Source of the DNA: Octopus bimaculoides
Lineage: Eukaryota
Length of the DNA: 64,000 nt
Direction of reading: 5' to 3'
Assembly: GCF_001194135.2 (NCBI RefSeq)
Contig: NC_069003.1
Location: 32,756,263 to 32,820,262, forward strand
Part shown: in pieces, positions 24,830-38,205 of the stretch
Layout: the number at the start of each line of letters is the position of its first letter
How positions within the stretch are numbered: position 1 is the first letter of the stretch
Translations under genes and position numbers: made by a program
Notes under the pieces: generated by a model
What the model was told of the DNA's origin: nothing
Database searches by the model: none
The model's input: only the letters and a program-made list of their open reading frames with translations

Positions 24830-25205
24830 AAGTCGTCGCTCGACCAGCTAGAAATAGCAGCAAGATCTTTCTCAAATCACACAAAACCCAGAGCCGTCTT
24901 AACAACATTATAGGCTTCCGAGTAAACCAGTGCACGAGACCCTTGAGTATTTACTGATAGTAAACCACAGCATAAACAGATTAAAATTGTTTACTAGACC
25001 TGTGCTCCATTTCCTCCTCTGAGCAATTGCCTAGCGTGTTCATGTCTTAAGACGACACTGACAATACCATCTTAAAACATAAAGGATATTATTAGATATA
25101 CCGCGTCTGAAAACACAGACAGTAATGACGTCGCTTGAAATGCATTCGCTAATGGGTTTGTCTGCTCGATCAGGGTTGACCTGGGGTAAAAACTGCAACA
25201 AAGCA
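24830..25205 (+). mobile_element. Abundant family D repeat (gctagaaatagcagc..aaatctccctcaaatcacac; (CAA)n-like end), split by a MITE
   Basis: Same core recurs at about 2440-2870, 5310-5440, 13100-13560, 16580-16990, 29960-30330, 41380-41710 and 62460-63200. Confidence 0.7.
24889..25060. mobile_element. hAT-like MITE nested in a family D copy
   Basis: Terminal repeats cagagccgtcttaa / ttaagacgacactg; 8-bp target duplication acaaaacc / acaatacc. Confidence 0.7.
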
Positions 25206-25458
25206 ATGTCTGCCATGCATCTTTTTTCAAATTAGAATATAATAATCTATTTCAGCAATTTCATTCAGGAAGCATATCGTTTCGCGCGGTTCACGATACA
25301 TGCAAGGTTAATGTTACACCAAAACTTGTTGCGTCTCAAGTTGGTGACCTATTGTGGTGTTTGGTCGCACCACACCTATAATGTATAATATATGCATATC
25401 GTTTACAATAGTTTACTTTCAATGACTTTTTATTGAGAAAGAAAATTGAATATGACCT

Positions 25459-26035
25459 TGCCGCCGCCTAAATGCTGGTCGCTTCGTGGGTCACACGGAG
25501 TTAAACCTTATACTCAAGAGGAGTTTGGCCCGGGCAAACATTCCCTCCATCTTCGAACCATCTGGGTTGTCCAGATGTGATGGGAAAAGACCTGACGGCC
25601 TCAACCTGTGCCCTTAGTCGAGAGGCAGATGCCTTGTCTGGGACGTCACAGTTAACGACTCTTTTGCTTCTCACATCCTGGATGCTGCGCCCAGGACGAG
25701 ATCCACAGCAGAACAAAATCCTGAAGTAGCGCGATCTGTCGGCCAAATATATTTTCCATCCCTGTGGCGTTCGAGACGTTTGGTGGGTTCCGACCACTGA
25801 CTGCGAGATTCCTGTCTTCACTGGCAGCTCGCCTAGCAGAGGTAATTGGTGAAGCTCGTGAGAGCGCTTGGTTGTTCCAGCACATGGACCTCGCCATCAC
25901 CCTCAGCAACGTGCCTCAAAAGTCATTAGAGAGGTTTCCCAGCGCTCCCAATTTTTCAACCTTAGATGGTGAATTGTTTTTGTTTTTTTCTTCTTCTTCT
26001 CACTCTTATGCATATATTTAAGTATAAATAAAGTG
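25459..26035 (+). mobile_element. CRE-clade non-LTR retrotransposon 3' fragment (restriction-like endonuclease domain)
   Basis: CRR.NAGR..H.ELN..LKRSL..ANIPS..EP.GLSR.DGKRPDG, CLVWDVT..DSFA, K..K*.DL..YIF.P/VAFETFG; stops and frameshifts present. Confidence 0.8.
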
Positions 26036-26499
26036 TTTTAAAAGTCTTTATATTAAAAAAAAGAAAGTGTTTGGAAATAGACTACATTCGGGGATCGAAA
26101 ACAAATTCATGAGCTCAGGTTGCAAGTAGCTCACCCACATTCTATAGTAGTTAAGATGGCAGAGAGTGTATGGAGAGTTGTGTTAGTGGGTTAAGTTAAA
26201 ACCCCTCTTTCTCAGCAGAAGCAAAAATTCTGGTGAAGACTGTGTCGCTGTCTTGCGTGAGCCTCTTACTCTTTCAGCCATATCGGTGTCAAGTCGAAGC
26301 AGAAGCTTTTCAAGCGTATAAAATTGTTTAGTATATATTGAAGTCAACAATGACTATTTTTATGATCTGATTGTTTAGTAGAAAGTAACCGGAATAGAGA
26401 AGTACACTACATATGTTAAAATCACGACTACGAGGGGCTAAGTTTGAACATGACGAAAAGGGTCATGGAATATGTTTAAACTAACTCCACTATAACAAG

Positions 26500-27664
26500 T
26501 ACATCAGACATGTAGAACTTAAAATTAAAAGGTGTTCAGGAGTCTAGCATTGAAATATGAGTCGACTTCATTAGAAGACATCACTCTTTTGGATGAAGAA
26601 TGATCGTGCAAGCCCAGATCGGTTGCATCATTTTCTCAAGAAATATGAAAACATTTCATTGAGGATACACGAAGTTTCATCCCTGGATCACAACCGGCTT
26701 TAGTCATCATAACGTGACTCACTTTTTTCAATAAGAATGAATCTGTTCTTCGGAGAGATAGCTTCACTCAAGGTAACGCTTGAAATCTTGACGAAAGTAC
26801 GACAGTGTATAGGCCAGGAATAATCATAGCTGAAGAAAAATGGACAAATAGTTTGGAGCCGTAGCACCAGAGAGTGTGGACATAGTGTAATCAGTGCTAC
26901 AGGGAACACTGTTCCTCTTAGACTTGTATTTTCTCGAATTCATTTGAGAACCATTTTCTTCATGGTGTACCACGGTGGTGTATCAGTGTGGCATATAACT
27001 CAGGGTGGATAACTGTAGAAAATTTTCCACTTCAACGAAGCATTTTGTGGCACACGTTAATTGTAAACCAGGCAAAAAAAAAAAGGTGGGTATTCTCTTA
27101 GTACTTGCTACGTTAACGCAAAATGTTGCAACATCAATCAGCCAGGACCAACTGATACAGGTCTCTTAACGCGAGAGGATATCAAACCTTTCACTAAAAT
27201 TGACCCAAGAAAACAAAAAGGTGGGAGAAAATCTGGGAGAACAACAGGAAGAATATTTCTGAGCAATCGCAAACCGTTATGGGCCGAGAAGAGACCCATA
27301 AAATCATTCAGGAAACAAGACACCAACAGCTGCAAGGAAATTTGTTGAAGATTCTACACAGGAAGCTGATAGCAAGACTACAATGAAGAGAATAATGCTT
27401 CTCCTGACATTGTATCGAATTAGGAAGAACGAACTGACGGTCAACAAACTGCAAACCATCAAACGCAGTAATTTGCGCGCAGAAAAGAAAAAGGTGCATT
27501 ATTATGTTGCATTGGTCGATAAAATGAACGAAAGTGATGACAACTACCATAATCCAGAAAAGTATTCTAAGCAAAGATTTTGCGTTCCAAATTCACAATA
27601 TCAGATGCTGCTGAAATATGAACGTGAGGATGTTGTATTTGTTTTACCTGCTTCGTACAATTAA
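26500..27664 (+). mobile_element. Decayed pogo/Fot1-like (DDE_1) transposase
   Basis: WMKNDRASPD..HHFLKKYENISLR..EVSSL/TTGFSHHNVTHFF, RPG.IIAE, SATGNTVP, SGWITVENF, KHFVAHV.CKP, LTREDIKPF.KIDPRKQKG. Confidence 0.75.
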
Positions 27665-28849
27665 ACGTTGTTAGCAGAAATTTGTGTTTCCTGTTGATTT
27701 ATCGGCCTGTAAACCAGAATAAATAAAACTTATGAATCATTAAATCTGTTTTATTGGTGACACACAAAAGTGACAATCATTCCTAGTTGACATCTGTTAA
27801 AAATACATCACGCGAATTGATACCAATATAATTCTTGAATTGTCCTACAGCTACTGGTGTGTTCCATAGCATCTTCCAATTTGCCTCATTGAGGAGCCGA
27901 CTCGAGGCAGAAAATTTACTTTTTTCAGAAATCTCTCTAATCCTTCGATGAACAAGTTTGGTTAGTTTGTTGTATAAACGATGTAGAAGATTTATTAATA
28001 TAAACGTATGTTGAAAGCAAGCGATTTTGTAAAATAGGTTCCAACAAACTCTAATTCTTCGTAGCTGCAAGATTTCGTTTTCGGTGTAAAAAAATGTAAT
28101 AACACAGCGTTCATACATTCCCCAAGGACGTTAGGAAGTATAAGAAATTAAATGACTTCATTTAAGAACTGAAATCAGTCGCAGACGCAGCTAATCGGGA
28201 GCTTACATGACTGACAGTTTAGTCTTATGGAATTCTTCAAAGGCGAGTAGGATAATTCCCTTAGATAGTGGCGGGTGAATGTTTGCTTGTAATACGATGA
28301 AAAAGCAGATTGACACCGAAGTATTCTGATCTAAAAGTACCCGATGTGCTGGAGCGATTTATACCATTTTTCTTTGTCAAGAGATGGTCTGTAGCTGGAG
28401 TCGAATTCAATATTGCAAGCCTACCAAAACATCCGTTAATTATACAATACCCTATTCACTTTCACTGCTGATTAAATAGTTATTTCCTTTCATATGTTAA
28501 TCAGTATCTATTTACACCTATGTAAATGGAAGCAGTGAGATCTCTAATGAGTTGCCTTGGTCAAGACACAGTACAGGACGCAAACGGTTGTCCGATACAC
28601 TTAATCAACGCGACCAGCTGTGACTCAATACATACATACACACACGTGTATGTACATACATGCATACATGAGTCTTCATTAAATATATGACGAATATTAA
28701 TTCATTGGTGTATGAACTAAGTACTTCTATAAACATAACATAAATGATATGGTTGGTTTAGAATACACAAAGTAATAACAGCAGCTTGCTTTGCCAAAAT
28801 TTTCTTTTTTTTTTCTTGTAGACTTTAATGAATGAGTTTGTCTGCTTAC

Positions 28850-28990
28850 AAACGTAGTAGCGCAGGTATCGACACAATATGCGGCAGATACCACCCGTTG
28901 ATTGTTCATATCTAACTTAATTGGGCAAACTATTACAACCGACGTCCTTATTGGCTAGTTCACGCGTGGCGTTCTCTTCTTTAATTGGTC
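28850..28990 (-). promoter_or_regulatory. Candidate promoter with three CCAAT boxes and first-exon donor
   Basis: ATTGG at 28920, 28950 and 28984; donor TTT|gtaagc at 28850/28849; CpG-retaining context. Confidence 0.3.
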
Positions 28991-29689
28991 AGTTTTTTTT
29001 ATATCTTCATCACTCTATTTTCTCTTTCATTTTGTCTATCTATCTATCTATCTATCTACCTATCTATAGGTTCATACAGACACACATTAGTGTTAGTATA
29101 TTCTACACACAAACACACGAGTTCAAATATACACACAAGTTTTTTTCTTCACGTCATACAGATTATTTTCAACATGCCTATGCTTTTTATATTTCTATAC
29201 TCATAAATATATACAATTCTTTCTTTGATAAATAAATAAACAGATAAATAAATAAATAAATATATATATATATATACAAATACACACACACTAACATACT
29301 TATGTGTGTGCGTGGTCATGTATGTATGTGTGTGTGTAGCGGCAGTTCACGCTCGTAGTATATTCTACTGCATTTTTTCTTTCCCCCAGTCCATCCCCTT
29401 TGATAGTAGTAGTAGTAGTGGTTGTAGTAGTAGTAAGAGTAGTATATACTGCTACTACTACTAATCATAGTATTATTAGTAATAATAGTAGTAGCAATAT
29501 CGTAGTTGCAACAGCAGCAGCGAGCTCTGCTGGTCTATCGGTAGCGTTATTTTAGCAGTCTCTTTCCTTCTATTCTACAACCTACTACTTTTTCTCCTAA
29601 TAACGCTAAATTTATACACTTTCTCTATCTGTCCTTCTTTCTTTCCCTCTTTTTTTTTTTAAATTTAAATGTAAACGGAAATTTTATAA

Positions 29690-29722
<33 letters not shown>

Positions 29723-31119
29723 TATATATATATATATCTTTCTTTAAATCTCTCCACACTTAACAGTACTGCTTAAGTTTTTTTTTTTGTTTACCCGGAA
29801 TTGCTTGGGAAAAAAAAAGACAGTAACCGAGTGAAGAACAAACATTTTTTCAGGTAAATGCATTTTCCATTTTAAATATACATACGTACATAGTATATAT
29901 GTATATGTATGTAACTGTGCAACCAACTTAACCGTATTAAGGGAGTGTTTATGCGGGTGCTCGACCTGTTAGAAATGGCAGCCAGTCTCCTTAAAGTCAC
30001 ACCCTATGTCTTAAAAAGAAAAGGGGGGAAAAGATATGTTGGGTTGATTATAAGTCTGGTTAGTCGGAGGTTAAGCTTGGGAGGTCGACATAACATTTTA
30101 AAGACTAAAATAATAATGATTGTGCATACATGACATTGCTGTTGTCGTTTAGCCTTCGGACAATCCCGATTAGGCAGATCTATGATGAAAGGCATTCCAT
30201 TCCAACGAGAACTATCCTGTCTTTTTATCGTACATTTATCTAATCAATCTCTTCCCCGTATTTAAGGCGGTAAGATGATGTTATATGAGAGCGATTTGGC
30301 TGTTATTTCTAACATGACGAGCAACCACAAAGGTGGGTGGGCTCCCCACGAAAATTCTCTTTCTGTAGTAGCATGGAGCCTATTTCAAACACTTCGAAAA
30401 CCGAACTTGGGGGTTGCGTTAGTTTTATTAATTTCATCGCACAAAATATATCTGTTTCAACTTATAATCACCATAATCTAACACAATCTCTCTTTTTAGC
30501 CATAGTTCCTGTTTTTCTTTTATTGTCGATTTCCTATGTTGAAATGTTTGTGTGATAAATAGCAAATCTTCTATTTTGGACTAGAAGCTTTTCATGCCAG
30601 ATACACCAACACCACGTTCACCGCATTCGTCCCAACCGGCTTCTGCTACGATGCCATGCCATGCTATAATGTAATATAATAATATATCATATTATAGCTG
30701 TCTTTTTATCTCACACTTCTCCATCAACAACGCAAATATATAATTTTTCACTATATCCCTTTTTTCAAAAAAATCTTACTTTCTATTTCTCCTTCGGTCC
30801 GTCCATATAGCAGCTTCTCTTTCTGTCTGCCTCTTATTTTATTTATTCTATTTTATTTTAATTAAATTTATTTATTCACTCCGATGTGGGGTTTTTTCTT
30901 TTGACAACTGCAACAGCTATCTCTCCTATACGCACATATGTGTGTGTATGTATAAGTATGTATATATCTTGTTTGGTTTCTGTTAGTTTTTATGGTCGTT
31001 CCTACAAATACAGTCCTGTTTTAGACACACACGTACACGCAGACACAGATATATTCATCATACACGCACACACATCATGCCTAGTTATCTAGCTATACGC
31101 GTACATAAATACATTACAT

Positions 31120-31156
<37 letters not shown>

Positions 31157-31794
31157 CTTGTGTGTGTGTGTGTGTATGTAGCTTTGCTCTATCTTTTGTG
31201 GCTTTTCTTTTTTGTGCCTATCTTGACATCGTCACAAAAAGAAACCTAGTCGCTTGCTTAATCAAGATCTCTTTTTAAGCCCGAAGACTTCCCTTTATAA
31301 CACACCGCACCAGCTTTTTAAATCATTTACACACATACGCACGCACGTGTATGTGCGTGTATTTGTGTAAGTGTAAAATGTATGAATCCCTGTGTGTGCG
31401 TGTGTGTGTGTCTATTAAATCTTGAATCTAGGAAGATCGTTGATATAACGAAAACATCAGTGAAATGAGCCTTTTCTCATGTATTACTCGTTCATGTATG
31501 TATTAAGTGAAAATATATGCTGCTATAGAGATGACATTTGAAAAATGTCAAAGCAATGTAACTTTCTCTGCCCAAAACGATGAGAATAATTTTTCTCTTT
31601 CTCTCTCTGTTCCTTCATTCTTTTTTCTCCGATTAACCTTGAAGTTTTCTGACTAGCTATCTGTTTTGTTGCTTCCTTTCTTCATGGAACTTCTATCTTT
31701 TCCTGCGATAAATGTTACTAAATGACCGCTTTGTGGTTAGTTAATTAGTAGTAAGATGAACGCGAAATTACTAATAAGGTTACCATCTCTGATG

Positions 31795-31841
<47 letters not shown>

Positions 31842-33436
31842 ATATATATACACGCATACATACATGTATATATATTCTGACGCTAAAATTTGATTTTTCT
31901 TGTATCATTTATACCAACCACAAAAGGACATGCATCCAGCTAGCCAGCGCTAGTCGCAAGAAACACAGGTTATTATAGTTGTATAACTTTTAATGAGAAT
32001 ATATATTCTTATATATAAATACTGACATGAAAAAAAAGATGAGGAAGATGAGTTGCTTTTTAGTAGTAACAAAACAAGATCTTTAAAAATGACGCTAGTA
32101 ATCCTTATTCTATAAAATTGTTTCATAAAACTTAATTAAAAATGTCTCCGGTGTATGTCAGTGGTGAGTGTACATATACGTTTTGTATGTGATATGTTCA
32201 TGTCATACGTTTGTGCCTGGTAATGTATGTATAACAATGTTTGTGATGAGCATCTGCGTGTGTTGGCGCATGTATATTTGTGATTATAAGTGTACACTGT
32301 GTAATATCTCTTATGTAATGCGTATACCTCTCATATATATATATATATATATACACATGATGCTCTGAGTGATATCAAATACTTCTGTGAGTATATATAT
32401 ATATACTTACTAATGTGTATACAGTGTGATAGGTGTGCCTACTTATGTAATATAGGTTTAAGTGCCTCGGCTGTTTGTATATATATGTATGTATGTATGT
32501 ATATATATATATGCTGTGTGATATCTGTGCTGATATCCGCAGTGCCTGGACCTCAGATGTATATATTTATGATGAGTAATGTTGTGAGTGATAATATATA
32601 ATATCTGTGCTTATGGTGCCTATAGTGTTTGTTCACCCAGTCGTTGTGACTGAAATTAGGGTTGTGAGAAAATTGAACGGATGTCCGTCGGTTGAACTAA
32701 CCTTAACCTAAAATTTAAAGGTCCGGCGTTGTTACGTATCATGTCACGCTGATTTGGCCTGAGGATTACGTCAACGACACACGTTTGTGGAATACTCGGT
32801 CAGGTAGATAGTTACACGTTAGGTTAGCAATGAGCATTTAATGTTCATTGAAAATCTGAAATGGTCATCGTCTAAATCGACGAAGGATCCATCGGTGCAC
32901 ACGCACAGACACACACACATATGACGAGCGTATACTGTGTGATATCTCCGCTTATGTAATGCGACTATACCTCTGATGTACATACTGTATTCATGTACGC
33001 TTGTGATGCACGCGTATCTGATGTATGTGCTATGATATTTGTGTATGTGTATCAGGTATAGCTTCGCATCCATGTGGTCTTGGTTTCGATTCCACTGTAA
33101 GGCATCTTTTGTATATTCCTTTTATTATATATATTTTTTCATAGCCTACTCAAACTTTGTGAATAAAATTGGGTAGATGGTTAACTGCGTAAAAGAAACC
33201 TCGTCGGATGCATTTTTATTTATAATTCGAAGGGCCAACCTTGTCACACTGTATCACGCTGAAAATTTCGCTTAGGGTACACGTGTCTGATCAATACTCA
33301 ATCACTTCCCACGCGAATTCGATGACTAAGTCGAGTTGATTGTACGACTGATCGCTCATACATGGAAATCGATGAGTGTATTCGATGTGGTCGACCAACC
33401 CCGCTTCCCATAAATTTCTGGCCTTGTGCCTATAGT

Positions 33437-33700
33437 GGCGAGCTGGCAGAATCGTTGCCGTTCCGGGCAAAATGCTTGGCAGCATTTCGTCCGTCTTTAC
33501 GTTCTGAGTTCAGATTCGGTCGAGGCTGACTTTGCCTTTGTTTCTTTCGAGGTCGATACAATAAAGTACCGGTTGAACATTGGAGTCAATGTAATCGACT
33601 TAGAGGCGGAGGTAAAGAATACACACACCACCCGTTTTCGGCGTAACAAAATCCCTGGGGTGTACGTATTCTTTACTTTCACCCGACTTCCATTCTCCCT
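33437..33700 (+). mobile_element. Family B SINE, well-preserved copy
   Basis: ggcgagctggcagaatcgtt..gttctgagttcagattc tRNA-like head, preceded by another family B tail. Confidence 0.8.
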
Positions 33701-34329
33701 CGAAACTACTGGCTTTGTGATTATTATTATTATATTATTATTATTATTATTATGAGAAATTCAAAAAGAAGCCTTGTCCTGTCACTTAGAGTGAAATATT
33801 CAGATAAATCTGAGTGTGAATAAAAATAGTTCCCGATGAGCTATAGGCGAGACAGGATATATTTTGTCGAACTAACGATTATATATATATATTCACATAC
33901 ACATACATAAAGAGAGGAGGGAAGGTACGGGGTAGTTGTTGACTTGTTGCGGCTTCTTGTAGTTTTGCAGTTGCTGCACGGATGAGGAAGAAGGGAAAAA
34001 ATGCTTGTGGGCCAGAAAACCCTGCTTAGGCATTCCTAGACATTCGTTGGTAGCATCAATGCTGCTATGGCACCGTTAGAGGGAGCGATACCATGGGAAG
34101 GTTCTGATATCTTTGCGCTCCTTTCCTCTATCCTATCGACAGCTGATGGCAGGAAGGTTGAATATTCCGCAGTCAAAAAACTCCTGAGCAATAAAATACG
34201 GATCGGTGTGTGTTTTTTTTTTTAATAAAAATTATTCACAATGTTAACTCATCTATGACAAAACACTCGCGCATAAAAACAGCACATGGCATTAAAACAG
34301 GACAAGCACGCACACGTGCATACTTTCTT

Positions 34330-34580
<251 letters not shown>

Positions 34581-35169
34581 TTTACGGCAATGATGTCTAT
34601 GAGTTGCGAGTGGCTTGCAAGTGTAAAACTGTCAATCATTTTCTCTTCAAACTTCACACCGACACCAGATTAATATTAACATATTGCAACGTTTTAACCT
34701 ACAGCTTGTGCAGCGGGACATTCCCTTCAACGAGTATTGTAGGGTGTTACACATGTAATATGATGAGTTGATAAACTTCGATCAACTACCATTAACCATA
34801 CAATTTGCGAACAAAAACCCTCTTTGGAGTGTGTTTAAAATTTACAAAACAAACAAGAGGTTATCTTCAATAAGATCAGGAGATCGAAACCTTTGGACTG
34901 ATTTTTAAAGCCAGCTGGTGGAAGTAATGGGCATGTTTCAGCCTTATTAGATCTTTTTAACGAAGTAGATTTTACTTGGTTAGCAAGGCTAAGATCTGTC
35001 TGTCTCATCATCATCGTCGTCATCATCGTTTTAGCGTCCACTTTTCTGTGATTTCATGGGTCAAGCGGAATTTGTTGAGGCAGATTTTCTATGGTCAGAT
35101 GCCCTTTCTGTCGCCAATCCTCGTTTGTTTCCAAGTAAATTTTGTTTCAGTCATTAGACTGCAGCCACC

Positions 35170-35516
35170 ATCTTGACCGGAGCACCACCTTGAAGAATTT
35201 TAGAGGAACTAATTGACCCAGTACATTTTTTTTTATAAAGTCGGGTACTTATTCCATTGATCTCTTATGCTGAACTGCTAAGTTACAGGGACGTAAGCAC
35301 ATCACTGGTTGTCAAGTGGTGGTGGTGATGGACAAAGACTGGCACACACACACACACACGATGGGCTTCTTTCAGCTTCCTTCTAGCAGATCCACTCACA
35401 AGGTTTTGGTTGGGCTGACGCTATAGTAGAAAACCCTTGCCCAAGGTGCCACACAGTGGGGCTGAATCCAGAACCATGTGGTTGGGAACCAAGCTACTTA
35501 CCACACAGTCATGCTT
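35170..35516 (-). mobile_element. Family A SINE
   Basis: Reverse complement of 11732-12158; further copies at 38305-38830, 42830-43135, 48975-49205, 51848-52175, 58865-59080, 60515-60650 and 61775-61910. Confidence 0.8.
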
Positions 35517-35634
35517 GTTGCAGCTAGTTGGATCAAGTTTTTAGTTTGAGGATACCATCCTTCCACCTCTCACCAGTCTCAGAGGCCTTGTAAAGGGTCA
35601 GAGGTACTTTCCTTTTGTCCTGATCAAGTAGTTA

Positions 35635-35845
35635 TACCATATTTTCTGGCATAGAAGTAGAATTTTGCTGACCAAAATTTGAAGTCAAAAAATGGCAAGT
35701 TGACTTATGCACCAAGACAACTTTGGTGGACCAAAAATTCTATGTGAAATGCAGCAGAATTTGGAAAGATAATGATGTTTGAATGTTTTACACATGTTTA
35801 CACTACATACTATGTTGACTTGTATGCTGGAAAATTATGTATGCA
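35635..35845. mobile_element. About 200-bp MITE family (TACCATATTTTCT.GCATA ends), reverse orientation
   Basis: Homologous to 46998-47213. Confidence 0.65.
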
Positions 35846-36149
35846 TGAACTAATGAAGGAAACCTTTACATGGCCACTCGGTCGGTTAGAAATAGCAGCT
35901 AAATCTCTTTAAAATTGCACTCTTCTGTCTTATATATATATCTGATACTCTATTTTCCAGCATACAATTTGAGTTTTTCAGACCAAAATTTAGAGTTGAT
36001 AAAATTAGGTCAACTTACACACGAAGATGATTTTGGAGGATTAAAAATCTCATGTGAAATGCAACAGGATTAGAATGGTAGTGATGATCTTTGAATATTC
36101 CACATTGATTTGTATGCCAGAAAATACGGTAAAATCAACGGCAACTGGT

Positions 36150-36775
36150 GATTGCAATGATTTCCTTTCTGTTTTCTTTCTGCTGGTCAGACAGCAACTT
36201 TGGTACAAATTTGGCCAACACCCTCTTCATGCACAAATCTTCTGTTATAATTGATTGAACTGACCCATGGCTGATTCCAACTTTGGCAACAATCTCCTCA
36301 ATAGTTACAGAACGATCTTCATAGACTATTCCTCAAACCTTTGCAATCATTTTGTCATTTCTGTTAGTCAGTGGTCTGCCACAACATGGCTCACTGTCCA
36401 CTCAGGTGCAGCCATCTTTGAACTGGTTGTACCACTCCTTTATTTGTGTTTTTTCCCATAGCATCATCTCCAAAAGCCTTCTGAATCTTCCCGATAGTCT
36501 GGGGCTTGCGTGTCACCAAGTTTTTGGCAGAATTTGATGCAGTATCTTTGCTCAATGCACTTGGTCATCTTGGCTCAAAAAGAAAAATTCCACAGCACAC
36601 TCTTCATGTCACTGTGGGCAAATGGCGCAACCTACAGACACGAAAATTTTTGTGCATGCTCAGGAAGGATGCAGCCACCTAATACCCATGCAGATTTTGC
36701 TCATGCATTATTAATATTTTGTGCACAAAAAAAAAATCAAGGTCAGATACTTTTTGACTATACCTCATATATGTA
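36150..36775 (-). mobile_element. mariner transposon 5' part (decayed)
   Basis: IEQRYCIKFCQKLGDTQA..., SIITEDLCMKRVLAKFVPKLLSDQQKE; terminal repeat-like atgaggtatagtcaaaaagtatctg. Confidence 0.8.
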
Positions 36776-36819
36776 TATATGGAGGGAAGCATCCGTTAGA
36801 CTTGTAAGACTATGAATCT

Positions 36820-37390
36820 ATACCTGGAAAATCTTATGATCCTGGCCTTGTTGGCAGAATGGCATTTGCTGTGATTGTAGAGAGCCATATATGAGTGGTA
36901 GTCCCAGCTGCAGAGTCTACACTTGAAGGCTCTGTTTGCTATGCATGTCTTGGTGCTACATTTACTTTGAATATGCATTTCTTCATTAGCAATCATCGGC
37001 CTCTCCTCTCATCTTTTTCAACCCTTGTTTAGTTCCCACATCCAAGAGAAACAATCATCAGCAATATCTTCCCACTTTTTAGCATCCCTGTAAAGACGAG
37101 ACTTCATGTTACTCTTGCAAACAGCTTTGAAACAAAGATGGAAGTCATCCTTGTGTTTCTCTTGCTGGAGGTCAGTTTACCATGTACTAGGTCTTTTGGG
37201 ATCCTCCCTTTTGACATGTGGTATACACGACCCAGCCAATGGAGGCATCATTGTTGCAGGAAGATGTGAAGGCAGGGTTTCTGCATGTGAGTTCGGAACC
37301 TCGTTATTGGTCTATTTGATATTCAGAATTTGTCTCAGGCTGGGTAGGCAGAGGGCATTTAGATGCTGTTTTTGTATGGAGCAGTTGTAT
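36820..37390 (-). mobile_element. RTE-clade LINE 3' fragment with C-terminal zinc finger
   Basis: LNA..L..LRQILNIK, FKAVCKSNMK, KWEDIADD..SW.WELNKG, FKCRLCSWDYHSYMALYNHSKC. Confidence 0.8.
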
Positions 37391-37398
37391 GTATTATT

Positions 37399-37525
37399 CA
37401 GGGTGTCCACAAGGTCTGGGTACATGGAGTAAATAAAATCATAACATAAACAATTAAATATAAGCAACAATAATTTCTTAAAGTATGTGTTAATCCCCAT
37501 GTACCCAGACATTGTGGACACCCTG
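37399..37525. mobile_element. Tc1/mariner-type MITE
   Basis: 29-bp terminal repeats cagggtgtccacaaggtctgggtacatgg / ccatgtacccagacattgtggacaccctg. Confidence 0.8.
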
Positions 37526-38168
37526 TATATATATATATATGTGTGTGTTTACATATACATACAACTCACTTGTCATGTATAATTATACAAATGCGTGTAT
37601 GTTCCACGTTGATAATCATGTATTACATGCTGACTAGGACACTACGTGGTTGCTCAATCTGCTAGAAATAAAAGTTAAATCTCTTTCAAAACAGACTTTG
37701 CCCTACTGTCTTCAAGAAATAGGACACACTGATCCATGAAAATGATGTGGTCATGGTTAGAATATCTTTGGTTATTGATCTGATCAATCAAGATTGATTT
37801 GAAGCTAAACAGTAATAACAACAGCTCACAAAGATCCTTTCTAGTATTATATTGCACAAAGGTCGAAATTTTATGGCAAGGGTTAGTTGGTTACATGAAC
37901 CCTGGTGCTCAACTGGTACTTAGTCAACCTTGGAGGAATTTGAACCCAGAACATGAAGAGCCAGAGGAAATGCGATTATACATTTTATCTCTGCACCATA
38001 CTTGTGCATAATAACAATAAATACATATATTTCAGGATTTCTACCTTCCTTGACTGCTTCAAGAAGGAGTATGTGTGACATTTTTGAATGACATTGGACA
38101 TTGTTAAAACTGCTTAAATAGTAATGTCATGTTTTATAGATACTTCAATCATATTCCAGCTTTCATAC

Positions 38169-38205
38169 TGTCAGACAGTAACATTCTGATGAATTCTCTA
38201 TTGGT
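38169..38205 (-). CDS. Candidate exon 3 of gene B (TNREFIRMLLSD)
   Basis: taatttttctgtag|ACC...GACA|gtatga; phase 0 start is compatible with the microexon. Confidence 0.3.

Noticed and set aside
36796-36996. C2H2-like zinc finger ORF suggesting a zinc-finger gene
   Set aside because: It is the terminal finger of the RTE fragment, with stops and frameshifts upstream
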